Shown here: one piece after another, positions 11,587-26,093 of the stretch
Layout: each line of letters opens with the position of its first letter
Position numbering within the stretch: position 1 is the stretch's first letter
Source: Flaccisagitta enflata
Taxonomy: Eukaryota
Direction of reading: 5' to 3'
Assembly (NCBI GenBank): GCA_965153355.1
Contig: OZ231126.1
Span: 23,002,001 to 23,066,000 of the forward strand
DNA length: 64,000 nt
Made by a program: the position numbers and the translations under genes
The notes under the pieces: model-generated
Databases searched by the model: none
Seen by the model: only the letters and a program-made list of their open reading frames with translations
What the model was told of the DNA's origin: nothing

Positions 11587-14446
11587 CTACTTAGGTTCCA
11601 ACTCTACTTTTGACAACGCCACAATAATGGGGTTTGAATGCGTAGTACAGTTTTGATCAAAGCGTCTCTGATTCACACGGAAAATGTCTGTGAGAGATTT
11701 GAATCCAAAAATTTCTCTCAAGACTCTGATACTCCTCCAGTCTTGAAAACCAAAAACCTTTCTCAATGCGTCGTTCACTGCCTTATTGCAGAATAACATT
11801 TCCTCTGAAGATAAAAGTTTCACAGAGGATGCATATGTAAGGATAGGTACACAATTTGAATAAATTAACTGTAACATAGTATGTTCATGCGCCGCCGTGA
11901 GAGCCGATGTAATAGCATTTGTGGCTCTAAAAAAGTTTACTACATCGTATTTTACTACATCGTATCTAGCAGTAAAGCCGAGTCTGTCACCTGAGGTCAA
12001 AGTCGCACCCAGATATTTCAGTTCAGAAACAAATTCAATTTTTTCCTCTTTTATCGTTAAGGGGATAGGCGAAGAGGTCATCTTACCAAAAGTCATCACT
12101 TTCGATTTCTTTGCATTAAAGTCAAGGCAAAATTTATCACAGAATTTTGTACATATGTCAATCATCTTTTGTAGAGCCAAGCGAGAGGGCGCCATCAAAG
12201 CCATGTCATCCGCGAACAGTATACAAGCTACAAACATTTCTAAAACATGACATCCAATTCCTTTCTTTTTTAAGATTTTCACCAGATCATCAATGTATAG
12301 GGAGAAAAATTTAGGCGACAAAATCCCACCTTGTTTCATACCTAAGGGAATTTCGAATTCATCACTTAGAGCCGTGCCCCATTTCACTTGGCACGTCATA
12401 TTCAAATGCCAGAAAATCAATATCAGTAATAGACAAGGAGGGATTCGTCGTTCCATCAACTTAATGAATAGACCATGATGGGAAATTCTATCAAAAGCTT
12501 TTGAAATATCAAGAAAAGCCGTAAACACAGTCGAACCTCTATTAGTGAAATAGTCAACGGTTGTGCGCAAAACATATAGTGCATGTGATGTACTTGTACG
12601 TTTTTTAAAACCAAATTGTAAATATTCGCTTCCAAGAAGATGTGATATTTTGTAATCAATAGCAATCTCAAACATTTTTGCGAAAAGACTACCAATTGTA
12701 ATTCCTCGAAAATTGGAACTACAAGTCAGAGATCACCTTGGGAATCTTTTATAATTGGGTGTTATCGTTTCCAGACAAAAAATCTCTAACAACAAAACCA
12801 TGTTGAATCATGCTGTTAAAAACAAGATGTAAGTGCAACATAAGCTTTTCGCTGCCAAGAAAGATATGCTCTGGCTTGATAATTCCAGAAGAAGACTTAC
12901 CAATCTTTACCTTAGATAAGACATTCAGCATTTCCGACCACGATATATAATGTGCCGCAATACTGTCATTTCCATGTTCATGCATGTAAGCTATAAACTT
13001 TTGCTCAAATTCACTCTTTAGTTCCAAGTGTGATGGCGAGTCGCTTCCCGAATAAACCCCACAGAAATGCTTTTGAAAAGCACCCGCTATTCCTGTTTCA
13101 GTCGTCTCCCCATCAATTCTTGGAACTAAAGAATCCGTGTGTTTATAACATTTTCGCCATGTATTCCAAAATGAATCATAATCGCGACCAGACAAATGTT
13201 CGTGTAATTCCTCGCCACGTTTACTTTCGTGAAGCTTTTTTGCATCTTTAATAGCTCGTTTGTATCTATTAACACATGCCTTTTTACATTCAAATAGTTC
13301 ACCACTACGAGGGGACCCATTATATTTCCAAACGTCACAGCAATTGATCGATTTTTGTTTCAATTCATTTAAATGGTCATTCCAAAAAGGTTTGTAAAGA
13401 GAGGGAGATGAGCGGGGTAAAAAGCTATCCGCGTAAACAACTGCATCAACAATATTTTTGTAGTATGACTCAATAAAAGTTCTGTGATTAAGATCGGAAC
13501 ATGATTTGTCACCATGAACTAATATATGAAAAGGTATTGTTATTTTATCAAGTTTTTCCGTCATTTTTTCTCTAAACAAATTTTTTGAATCCGTGCTTAG
13601 CTTGCTCCAATTAACAGTGGGAACACTCTTTTTTCGGTTAATAAATGTTTCCGTAACATCAAGATCAATGTCAAGTTCTACCGGTCTGTGGTCTGAAACA
13701 TTTTCTCCATAATCAGATATGCGTACATTTGAAATAGAGTCACGCAAAGATTCGCTGGCCAAAATACCATCAATTAATGTGAAAGAATTTGTTTTTGTAT
13801 CAGAGCGAGTGTAAGATTTAGTATGATCAAAACCAGTCATAAGATCAAAAGTTGAAAAGAGTGAGTGTCTCTTCATTAGATCATTGATAATTCTTGAAAA
13901 AGGATGGTTCATATTGAAAATGTTGCAATTCATATCAGTAAGAATTAGAAAGCGTGAAGAGGGATTGGAATCAATAATATGGTCAATATAAGAAACAGAC
14001 TCTTGATAAGAAGAAACAATTTGATTTTGTAAGTCTTTTGTGTTAAAATATGGAAGATAAGCATTTATTATAATAATCTCACCATTGTTTGTCGTTAATT
14101 TGATTGCACTAACACGTTCGTGGTTGTAATGGATAAGTGGTTTTATAAAATTACTATATTTTTTGTTGTACAAAAATCCGGTGCCTCCATATGGTCTCCC
14201 AGTTTGAACTTTTTGGTCAATTGATTTTTTCATACCCGACGTGCCGTATCCGTCGAACTCTGGATGCAATGTTCGGAGCCGATTCACTCCTTGATGTTTT
14301 TTGAAAGGCGGTGCAAGCCAATGCTCCTGAATCCCACGTATAGCATTCGGATATCGATTGCAAAGAGATGAGAGAAATTCTTTGCTATGACTAAATCCGT
14401 TCACGTTGTGTGAACTGATCGTGACAGATTGTTTTTGAGGCGCCAT
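11587..14446 (-). pseudogene. LINE ORF2 (apurinic endonuclease + reverse transcriptase), frameshifted around 12720-12775
   Basis: APE motifs SHNVNG, IQEHWL, GRPYGG, INAYLP, TDMN, IDGIL, SDHRP in ORF 12749-14446; RT motifs QFGF, FLDISKAFD, GMKQGGILSP, LFADD, KYLG in ORF 11587-12675. Confidence 0.92.
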
Positions 14447-14459
14447 TTACCACTAACTG

Positions 14460-14525
14460 TCAGTCGCGATAGCGAGGGCCACTTGTAACGGCTCCATCGG
14501 CGTTGTTGTTGTTGTTATTGTTGTT

Positions 14526-14585
<60 letters not shown>

Positions 14586-14716
14586 GCTGCCGTTGTTGTT
14601 GTGTCGTTGCTTTTTTGCTGCCGTTGTTGTTGTTGTTGTTGTTTTCACCATTTGTTGTTGTTGTTGTTGCCGTTGTTATTGTTGTTGAGATTTATCCGTT
14701 GTTGTTGTTGTTGCCG

Positions 14717-14758
<42 letters not shown>

Positions 14759-15180
14759 CGTGGATAATAAAAACGTCGGATCGTGATACCAGATGGTAGT
14801 AAGTCTCTTGACCTCATCAGCTGATCGTAATCGGATCGTCGTATCCTCAGCCGAAAACTTTGAGAGAAGGATGATTGTCTGACTATTTCCAGTTCCACCA
14901 CCCTTACTCCCAGTTCTGCGATTCCTGCTTCCGCCTGTTCTTGCGTCACTTCCGGTGAAACGTTGGTGATGAAGAGGTCTGTCGTGAGATTGGCCCCACG
15001 CCATGAGACAAGGCCATTTACCACTTTTTGGCCAACGACCAGGTTCGAAGTTTTGTTGGTTCGAGGAGGCCCTTTCACCGAACTCAAGGGTTCGCCGAGA
15101 TTTGCCGGCCGCGTCGTCCTAGCTACATGATTAGGCCATATTGTACAAACGCTATGGAGCCACTGTCCAATGCACTCCAT
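14460..15180 (-). pseudogene. LINE ORF1 C-terminal part (RRM-like) with an internal (AAC)n expansion
   Basis: DLFITNVSPEVT...SFRLRI...LPSGITIRRF resembles LINE ORF1 C-terminal domains; runs into about 250 bp of AAC repeats and ends 13 nt before the ORF2 ATG. Confidence 0.65.
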
Positions 15181-15417
15181 AGCTTACTAACCATAGCGGG
15201 CGAGGATTCGACTCTATCTACAGGCACTTCTGACTGGTGACCTACATGACTGTATACTGTAATCAATAAGGTGTTTCGGTAACCCCCCCGCCGTCACCAG
15301 CCCTAAGCACGTTGGAGCTCGCTCGCTGTGTATGAGTAACAATCTAAAAAAAAATCTTTTTGTCTCCGCTTTGCTTCAATCTCTCTTTCTTCTTCCTCCC
15401 ACTGTCTATCCCTCTCC

Positions 15418-15495
<78 letters not shown>

Positions 15496-15679
15496 CTATC
15501 TCTGTACACGCCGTTTTTCTTACCAGTAATGGCGGCTGTCGCCGTGAGGAAAAAAGTCGTAAGCGTTGTTCACTTTTCACCAAGCTTTTGTCTTCAGTCA
15601 CTGCAACTCTTTTTATTTGTTAGATCAAATTGAGAGCAATTGTATGTATTGGTTGCATTGAAAATCAGAGAAAAATAGG

Positions 15680-16080
15680 ACTGAGCCAAATGAGCTAGAT
15701 GAGCTAAGATATTAAAAATCACTAAAATAGACAACCAGCTATGCTCACTGACATGCTTTCTTATATTTGCATTCTTAAATCATAACATTTTTTTATCTGT
15801 TTTAAAATCAGAAAAAAAAAGCAAGCTAAATGAGCTAAATGAGCTAGAATACTCAAAAACACCCTCACAGATGAGCAGCTCTGCTCACTGACATGCTTTC
15901 TTATATTTGCATGCTCAAACATGTATCAAAACATTTATTCATTTATCGCATTTTAAATCAGAAAAACAGACTGAGCTAAATGAGCTAAATGAGCTAAAAT
16001 GCTCAAAAACACCCTCACAGATGAGCAGATATGCTCATAAACATGTTTTCTTGTATTTGCATGCTCAAACAAACATAAAC
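15680..16080. repeat. About 150-bp tandem repeat, 3 units
   Basis: tgagctaaatgagcta..ctcaaaaacaccctcacagatgagcag, with accctcacag at 15861 and 16011, plus a diverged first copy. Confidence 0.8.
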
Positions 16081-16915
16081 ACACTCCTTTTTTGATCCTA
16101 CTCAAAATCATAAAAAATCAAAAAAAATTCAATTCGCAATTTTCATAAATAAATCTTTAAAAATTCATAGCGCGAAAAATATTTGCCGTAGAGCATTCTG
16201 CTTGGCGCCAAATGAAAGAGAATTATCAAATTTACTTACCCTATCAATTTCATTGGAGGCCACATTCAGCCGGAAGAGATGCTCAACTTCCGCATAAGAA
16301 AATGAAAACCCCGTTTCTCTCGAATATGTCAAAAAGTCGAAGACTGACTTCGACTTTTTTCCCGATAAGAACACAGTTTTTTGAAGTGAGGCTCTGAGTT
16401 CTTATTTTTTGCCATTTTTCAGCCTCAAATGTTTTTAACCCGTTCTTATTTTTTATAATATAGAAGTTCTTTATCATAGTTGCTTACTAGTCATATTCAA
16501 TGAAATGAATATATTTCATTCTCTGTCTTTATAATTTTTCTTTATGTTAAGTTATGAAATTAAAAAAAATGTAAATGATAAAAGTAATTGGTTGAATTGG
16601 TTAGGTTAGAGGATTCTGTACAACGTTTTTTCATGGTTTCCTCAAAAAATTATGTAAAAGCGTACTTTATAATGTATTTGTGCAAAAATCTAAGCCTGGG
16701 CATGTTCTTAGGATGTTCTTATTTTTTCACCATATCTGAGGCTGATGTTCTTATAAACAGTGTTCTTAGACAAAATACAGCGTGTATCTGTATGTCTCTC
16801 TATACGTCTGTCTGTCTCTCTGTCACTCTCTGCAAATGGTTTGAGCAAATCTGCTATGATGATATGATGCGATCTGTGGTCATTATTTCCTCCGCATAAC
16901 TTTCTCCTTACTCAG

Positions 16916-17218
16916 GTTATAGGCTCGACGGAAAAGAAAATGTGCCTGTGCGCTCAAAACTCGGAGACGACTTCCTTCACGGTGATCCCGGGCACCATCG
17001 GGCACATCAACGTGACAGTCTCCGCCGAAGTCCTCAAGGAGGGCGCCGGCGTCTGCGGGCCCAACGACGTCCTCAGCGAGGAAGCCAAAGGCGTCAAGGA
17101 TATCCTTATCAAAAAGCTGCTCGTCGAACCCGAAGGCATCGAAATGGAGTCGAATTACGGCCAATTCGTTTGCCTGGATCCCAACGGAGCTCCATCGGAA
17201 GTCAAGTTCGAGGATCAG
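16916..17218 (+). CDS. A2M: Alpha-2-macroglobulin/thioester-containing protein (TEP) family, internal exon (around MG7)
   Basis: Polypyrimidine tract ...ttctccttactcag| acceptor and CAG|GTGGGT donor; 303 nt, phase 0/0. Translates VIGSTEKKMCLCAQNSETTSFTVIPGTIGHINVTVSAE..VCG..KDILIKKLLVEPEGIEME, matching the A2M pattern CxC..T..V.P..LG.VN.TVSAE..CG..KD..IK.LLVEPEG.E.E. Confidence 0.9.
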
Positions 17219-17900
17219 GTGGGTGGGTTATGAACTTATGACAAGTCGTAACACTCGGGGACCGACGATGTGACTCGACGCAGTTCAACCTCGCTATGTC
17301 AAAGTACCAACAAATTTTATCGTCAACGGATTTCTGTTACTGCCAATTTAAATTACCAATGAAATGACATGAAGGGACTAAGTTTTTAGATCCATTATAT
17401 ATAATTATAGGTTCATTTTCATTACGCTTGGGGTTTACCTGCGGTTTAACTGCGAGCCACCAAGCGTTGCGTTGTACTTGACTTGATGATTGAGCTGACT
17501 TTTGCAACGAACCTTCATGAATCATGTGATTGAAATTGTGTTTGATGTCATCGCTTTGATAGAAATCATTTAAAGACTCTCTTGGATGTTTTGATTCCTC
17601 TATGAAGTGTGCGACAAAAAGTAAAAATGTTTATCTGAAGAAAATCTTTTTATAGAAATAGTTTTTTCAAAAATTATTGAATTTTTTCTTCACAAGTAAA
17701 GTGCAACAGACTGAATTCCTGTAAAGTATATGCTTCCACTCATACACATACGAATCCAAACTTAGGCTATGACATGACCCCTACTGGCATAAAGGCAGTT
17801 GTTCTTACCCTTAGATAATTTTTCTTAACTTTATCTTATATTATATTTTTTTGTCGTCTCTCTCTTATCTCAGTTTTTCATCCTCTTTCCCCACTGACAG

Positions 17901-18044
17901 ATTCGTCTGAAATTTGACGCGAAAAACTACGTGAAGCAATCAGCGCGGCTTCGCGTTTCTGCCATCGGCGATGTTTTGGGCCCAGCTTTGGATGGGCTCG
18001 ATGATCTACTGAGATTGCCCACCGGATGCGGAGAACAGAATATG
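17901..18044 (+). CDS. A2M: Alpha-2-macroglobulin/TEP family exon carrying the thioester motif
   Basis: ...ccccactgacag| acceptor, ATG|GTAAGT donor, 144 nt in phase with the previous exon. Translates [48 protein letters not shown] (GCGEQ thioester). Not in the ORF track because it is short. Confidence 0.93.
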
Positions 18045-20134
18045 GTAAGTAATAAGTAACAGAAAATGTCAGGAAACGAAAGATAATAAGAACAAGGCCA
18101 GGAGATGTCCAATAGATGCGTCCTCTTTAGATGTAGGATATTAAGATACAAAATATCAAGATAGAAAGATATGATATAATGATATGAAGATAAGGAGATA
18201 TTGAGATAAAGAGAAATATAAACTGATTCCTCCCTCATACCCCTACGCTTCCTCTAACCCCCCCACTCCCCCCCACCTCCCCCCTCGCCATACCCCCGGC
18301 CTCCCCACCCCCTCCGCCGCCCCTTTCCACCTCCTCCCCACAAAGAGACATGGAGGGACAAGGAGAGACCAAGAGACCTGAGGAGTTATGAGGAAACAGG
18401 AGGAGACATGAGGAAACAAGAGGAGACATGAGGAGACAAGAGACATAAGGGACATTTAAGCGAAATAGGAGACATGAGAGACATAGGGGGCATATAGGAG
18501 ACAAAAGAGACATAAGAGATTGAAGAGACAGGAAGAGACATGAGGAGACATCAAGAGAGACATCAAGAGAACAAAAGTAGGCAAAGAAGTGCATGCAACT
18601 AAACAACCGTTCACAATCATGATTTCTGGCTTAAACGTCGAGAAGCATGACGTGAGCTTGAATTTAAAATTTCAAGGCAATTGCATCAATATTTTAGAAA
18701 TTACAGCCGTTTTTACATATGAAGAGAAAATCAGAAAAACCATTTATGTTTCTCACGTTCTCTTACCAAACACTTTGTCTAGTTTGAAAATTTTTGAAAA
18801 AAAGTATTTTGGGGAGTATTGGATACGAAAATTAAGTCATTTCACCTTGATTGCCCATGCAAAGACCGTTTTGCAAAAATATTTGTTCAAAAATTTCTAG
18901 AGGCCTAAGTAAAAATGCTCTTTAATTTTCAAAGATTTTTGAAAAAAAAATATTTCGAGTATTGGATACGGCGAATTGAGTGCATTTCCGTATTTACGTG
19001 ACCATGTGCGATCCTTTGGATGACTAGATTATCCTCAAAAGCTAGCAAAACATGAAATATCTTAACTAGTTAGCCGGGACTCAATTTGCGAGTTGTGAAA
19101 ACCAGCAAAAACAAGGCCGGATACATGACTACCCCAGTCGTATGGGGGGTGGGCAGGAGCAGTGCTGGAGAAGGTCACTAACGCATTTGGGCAGAAGCAG
19201 TAGGCTGAAATAGCACAAAAACGCCAAAAAAGTAATAGTCGCAAAAGCGTTAATGGTCAGCGGTACCCGTGCCCTGCCTAAGTTGGTTGTGGTTGAAGTT
19301 GAGGGGGGAGCAGGGCAGCGGCCCCAAAGTCGATGACCTGTCTTTCACATATGGAGATTTTCTCCTCCTCCTCCTCCTCCGTCCCATCCCCTCAAATCCA
19401 GTCTTAAGGCTAATTCTAGTCTCTCAAGGCCCAAATCCCAGTCTTGAGCCCCAAATCCCAACCTTGAGGCACAAATCCTAGCCTCAAGGCCTAAATCCTA
19501 GCCCTGGAGGGCCAATTTTGGGCCTCCAAGGCCGGGATCCTGAGCCTCTTGGCTGAGATTTGTTACGGCCTTGAGGCTGAGACTAGGCTTCACAGCTGAA
19601 ATCTGGGCCTCCAGGCTAGGATTTAGGCCTTGAGGCTAGGATTTGGGCCTTGAGGCTGGTTGGGCACTCAAGACTGGGATTTGGGCCTCAAGACTGGAAT
19701 TTGGGCCTTGAGACTGGGATTTGAGGGGTAGGGACAAGGAAGGAGGAGGAGGAGAAGGAAAATCCCCTTATGTGTGAAAAGCATAGTCATCGATCACTAG
19801 CCGCTGCCCAAAAAGGAGACCAACCATCCGACCAACCAACTGACCAACCGATCAACCAACCAACGGACCAAAGGACAGACATAGCGGGGTGTAGAGTTGC
19901 GTAGCACGCGACAAAAACGCACACACACACACACACACACAAACACACGCATGCACATGCAAATGCACGCATATACACACGCTAACAGGCGCAATTGCAA
20001 AGTTAAAATTTCAAATGTCTCATGTTTGTATCATTTGAATTCTTTCTACATGTCAAACAGTAAAAAAGCAAAAGACGCTAAAAAGAAAATCTAGTGACAT
20101 TCTTTATTCTCTTTCCCTCTCTCTCACCGTCTGC

Positions 20135-20266
<132 letters not shown>

Positions 20267-21056
20267 GGTGTGGGGCCCCATCTTGTTCTCTTGTATTTGT
20301 GCCTGCATGCGTGCAACTTTGCAATTGCGCCTGTTAGCGTGTGTATATGCGTGTGTTTGCATGTTCATGCGTGTGTGTGTGTTTGTGTGTGTGTTTGTGT
20401 GTGTGCTTTTTAGTCGCATGCTACGCAACTCTACACCCCGCTATGTCTCTCCTTTTATCGTCTCTCGGTCAATCCGTTGGTCAGTTGGTTGGTTGGTCTC
20501 CTTTTTGGGCAGCGGCCCCGGAGGGGTCGATGACCTATGGTTCCACACATGGAAATTTTTTCCGGTCTGATGTTTACATCCACACCCCCCCCGCAAAGCC
20601 TCAAAGCAGGCCACTTAGACCTCAAAGCTGGCCTCTCAGACCCAAGATCAAGCCTCTAGGACTCCAAATCAGGCCTCTAAGAACCCTTATCAGGCTTCTC
20701 AGACCCCAAATCAGGCTACTCATGAGCTCCAAATACACATTCATAACCCAAAACAAAATTGCCCTGTGTGGAATCATAAGTTATCAACCCCTCTGGGGCC
20801 GCTGCCCCATTACCTCAACACCACAATACTAGATAATATCAATGGGGCATCAGGTACAGCTGACCATAATGACGCTTGAGCGACCTATTAATTTTTTGGC
20901 CTTTTTGTGCTATTTCAGTCAACTGCTCCTGCCCAAATGCGTTAGTGACCTTCTCCAGCACTGCTCCTGCCCACCCCCCACACAACTGGGGTAGCCATGT
21001 ATCCGGCCTTGTTTTTGCTGGTTTTCACAACTCGCAAATTGAGTCCAGGCCAACTA

Positions 21057-21623
21057 CAGGGTGTATCATGCCAAATTAGATATAAGAAAACGATGGCATT
21101 CTGCTTCTAAAAGTGCAAAAAAAGATCTGAAAAAAAATTCAAAGAGCATACAAGCTCCGGTTTTCTGTGCAAAAATTTTATGAGTCTGGGTCTAATATTC
21201 TAGCCACAACATTAATTTGAAGTGAACTGAGCATTTAGAGGAGAAGCTTTTTGGATATGATTGTGATGCTGAAAGCTTTTTTTTGAATTGAATTGTATAA
21301 ATTTCTAAATGTTAAGCCACATTGCCAGATTGGTCTCAAATTAAAGAAAATTTGATGAGCTTTAATTTAGGAACAATCTGGCATCTGTAACTTAAGTCGT
21401 TTAAGTAGAGCAATTAAAAAAAAACTTTCAGGCAAATCATGTTCAAGTGCTTCTCTCTAAATGTAATTGATTTCAAATTGATGTATGGCTACAATATTTG
21501 ACGAACCCATGAAATTTTATAAAAACCGGGACTCATGTGCTCTTTAGATCTTTAAATTATTTTTGCCTTTTAAAAACAGAATGTCATCGTTTTCTTATAT
21601 CTAATTTGGCATGATACACCCAG
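21057..21623. mobile_element. Tc1/mariner-type MITE with long inverted arms
   Basis: TA|CAGGGTGTATCATGCCAAATTAGATATAAGAAAACGATG ... CATCGTTTTCTTATATCTAATTTGGCATGATACACCCAG|TA; empty site present in the inverted paralogous arm near 19066. Confidence 0.88.
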
Positions 21624-21649
21624 TAGTTAAGATATATCACGTTTTGCTA

Positions 21650-22759
<1,110 letters not shown>

Positions 22760-22849
22760 TAGCTTTTGTGGATAAAAAGCTAGGAGCAAAGTTGACTTCT
22801 ACTGTATCTTTGATGTTTACTGCATCACCCTTTTTGGACTAAATTGATG

Positions 22850-23562
22850 GAAATTCATGAGCTTTTGTTAGTTTTTTGAAAGATCTCTCAAATGAGACCA
22901 ACCGCATTATAGTAGCTTTTAACCAAAAAAAGTTATAAAAAGAGTTAAAGGCCAACAAAGTTTACAGTTTAAATGATGAAAAAGTTTGATTTTGTTCTGT
23001 ACTTTGGGAGATCACTGTACAGCCGTTTTTGAACCAAATCAATTGAAATTCATAAGCTTCTGAAAGATTTTCAAAAGATCTTTCAGATGGGACCAACTGC
23101 GTTTTACTAGCTTTTACCGATAAAAAGTTATAAGCCAACAAAGTTGATGGGTCAAATGATGCCAAAGTATGATTTTTTACTGTACTTTGGGAGATCACTG
23201 TACCGCCATTTTTGAACCAAATCAATTAAAATTCATGAGCTTCTGAAAGATTTTCAAAAGATCTTTCAGATGAGGCCAACCATGTTTTACTAGGTTTTAC
23301 TGATAAAAAGTTATAAGCCAACAAAGTTGATTGGTCAAATGATGCCAAAGTATGATTTTTACTGTACTTTGGGAGATCACTGTACCGCCATTTCTGAACC
23401 AAATCAATTAAAATTCATGAGCTTCTGAAAGATTTTCAAAAGATCTTTCAGATGAGACCAACCATGTTTTACTAGGTTTTACTGATAAAAAGTTATAAGC
23501 CAACAAAGTTGATGGGTCAAATGATGCCAAAGTATGATTTTTTACTGTACTTTGGGAGATCA
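22850..23562. repeat. About 182-bp tandem repeat, about 4 units
   Basis: aaattcatgagcttctgaaagattttcaaaagatctttcagatg recurs at about 22851, 23046, 23229, 23411. Confidence 0.9.
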
Positions 23563-24024
23563 CTTCATTTTGGCCGTTTTTTGTCCAAAAACCCAAATAA
23601 TACCAATTTTTTTGCAGAATCCCACTAAATGGGATGTATTTTTGCCAAATAAATCAACAATTTTGATTTTCGTCATTTTTTACAACCACCTCCATCAGGG
23701 GTGATTTTGTGAATTTGGCATACCCCCACCCCATGGGTCACCCCACCCAACTACCCACCTGACTACCTACCTTTATGTTTTTGTGTCCAACAAGCCCAAA
23801 AACCATGCTTGATAATAAAAATTCAACTGCTTTTGCATTTTTCTAAAGTGGGGGGTGGGAAATCAATTTTGGCCTTTTTTGGCCTTTGGTGGCCATCTTT
23901 CAGTGCGACGGGCAGTCCGGGGGTGGCTCAAAAATGCCAAACGAGGGTTTCCCCTTGTTATACATATGGTAACCGTGCCAAACATCTGCAGAGCATGTTC
24001 AGTAATTTTATGCAATTCTTAGGT

Positions 24025-24480
24025 GAGATAGGCCTAAGAGCTGATAGGTGGTCATTTAGGGCCAGTGTGTGATGGTGGAAAGGTGTGGTAGTTATGGATG
24101 GATAGAGTTAGAGATAGTAAAACTGATAGGTGGTCATTAGGGCCAGTGTGATGGTTGAAGGTGGTGGTTTAATGGTGGATAGGTTAGAGATGAGCCTAAG
24201 AAAGCGATAGGTGGTCATTTGGGGCCGGAGTGTGTGATGGTGGAAGGTGGTGGTTATGGGTGGATGAAATTGAATGAGCCTAGAAGCTTGATAGGTGGTC
24301 ATTTAGGGCCAGTGTGATGGTGGAGGGTGGTGGTTATGGGTGGATAGAGTTGAGATAGGCCTAAGAGCTTGATAGGTGGTCATTTAGGCCAATGTGATGA
24401 GTGAGGTGGTGGTTGTGGGTGGATAGGATTGGGGTGGCCTAAAAGCTTGATGGTGATCATTAGGGCCCGGTGTGGATGGG
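24025..24480. repeat. About 80-90-bp tandem repeat, about 5 units
   Basis: gataggtggtcatttagggccagtgtgatggtgga recurs. Confidence 0.85.
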
Positions 24481-24787
24481 AGGGCAGTGCTGAAGAAGGC
24501 CACTAGAGCATTTGGGCAGAACAGTAGCTCAAAAGCTTAAAAATACTCAAAAAAGTGAATAGGAATAACCAATAATAACTAATCAATCAATAACCAACCA
24601 ACCAGCCAGCGGACAACATAATGGGTTGCAGAGTCGCGTAGCACGCAATTGATAAATGAATTTGATTATCAGAGTTCAAAAAAATCTATAGAATAAATTT
24701 GTTCATTCGGTATCATTTTTAGTCGCATTATACGACTCTACACCCATATGACGGTTATATTGGTCCGTCAGTTAATTTAGTCGGTCC

Positions 24788-25538
24788 CTTTTGGGCAACA
24801 GCCCCAGAAACAAGTCCTGTGGAGACACAGGGGAATCTGTCTGTTCGTCAGTCCGTACGTACCATCGATCGTCAAATCTGCTACATCCTCAGGGCTTTAA
24901 TCTCCTTCAGAACCCAGAAATCAAACTATTATGCTTAGATCCAGCAAATTGGCTGATCTCAGCAAATGGCATAAATCTGGCTAGAAAACCTGAATTCTTG
25001 CAAAAATTCTATCATTATGGCCCCTTAGACCTAGATTCTGGTTTCAAAAACCCAGATTCTAGCTTCAGAAACCCTGATCCTAGCCTCAGAGACCTAGATT
25101 CTGGCCCCCAAGACCCAGGATCTGGCTTCAAAGACCTAAATCCTGGTCTCAGAGACCCAAATCCTGGTCTCAGAGACTCAAACTCTGGCCTCTGAAACCA
25201 AGAAATTGGTCTCTGACACCCAGATTCTGGCCTCTGAGACCCAGATCCTGGCCTCCTCCCCCCTCAACTTACAAACTACTCAAGGACGGTAGGGGTACCG
25301 TTGTCCATATACTGCCCTCTGTCATTTCTCCATGTTATTCAATGAGAGTTTGAATAGCAGGGCATCCTCTACAGAAGGAAGGCAGAGAGAAGGATGGACG
25401 GACGGACAGATTCCCCCTGTGTTCTACAGGACTTCGTCCCCTTCGGGGCCGCTGCCCTGCTCCCCATCAACCTAAATCACATACTACTCAAGCAGGGCAC
25501 GGGTACCGCTGACCACTTACTGCCTTTGGGCTGCTATT
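24788..25538 (+). mobile_element. Family-B element, close sister of 38503-39284, nested in a family-A element (about 24716-25660)
   Basis: 3' 250 bp nearly identical to 39030-39284; same internal repeats. Confidence 0.8.
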
Positions 25539-25855
25539 AACTATTTCAGCGTTTTTGAGATTTTTGAGCATACAGTTCCTGCCCAGATGCCCTAGTCACC
25601 TCCAGCACTGCTCCTGCCCACCAGCAGCGCAACCACGGTAGCCATGTATCTGGCCTTGTTATGAATTATAGTACAAATGCCATTTTCATTCAAACAAGTG
25701 AAGCTGGGTGACAATATCGTTGCGGACAACGGGTGGGCAGGGCATGTATCCATACCTATGTCCCCACTCACATACACAAATATCAACACTCGTTTTGTGC
25801 CGCGGCTTCGTGTTCACGGACCGATAGACCAGGACCAACGGATGGACAGACGGGC

Positions 25856-26093
25856 CTTTGCCAATCTGGGGGCGAGAAAAGCCGAGATGAATCTCAATAG
25901 CTTAAATTACATGAAAACCATACTTCTAGATTGCCCCAGTGAGATGGTACACCCATGAAAGCCAATGGTTTTGCAGATCTTCAGTTAAAATTTCATCACA
26001 CTGAGTTAACTAGAAGTATGCTTTTCATGTAAATCAAGCTATTGAAACTACATAGATTCATCTCGGGTTTTCTCAACCCCAGATCAGGTAAAG
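25856..26093. mobile_element. Small foldback MITE inserted in the microsatellite of a family-A element
   Basis: atctgggggcgagaaaagccgagatgaatct ... agattcatctcgggttttctcaaccccagat; imperfect arms of about 90 bp. Confidence 0.7.

Larger units (their letters stand above)
11530..15330 (-). mobile_element. Non-LTR retrotransposon (LINE, APE-RT; RTE-X/CR1-L2-like), near full length
   Basis: ORF1 remnant, then ORF2 with endonuclease and RT, then short 3' UTR with AATAAA (- strand, about 11532-11537). Boundaries approximate; no TSD identified. Confidence 0.9.
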
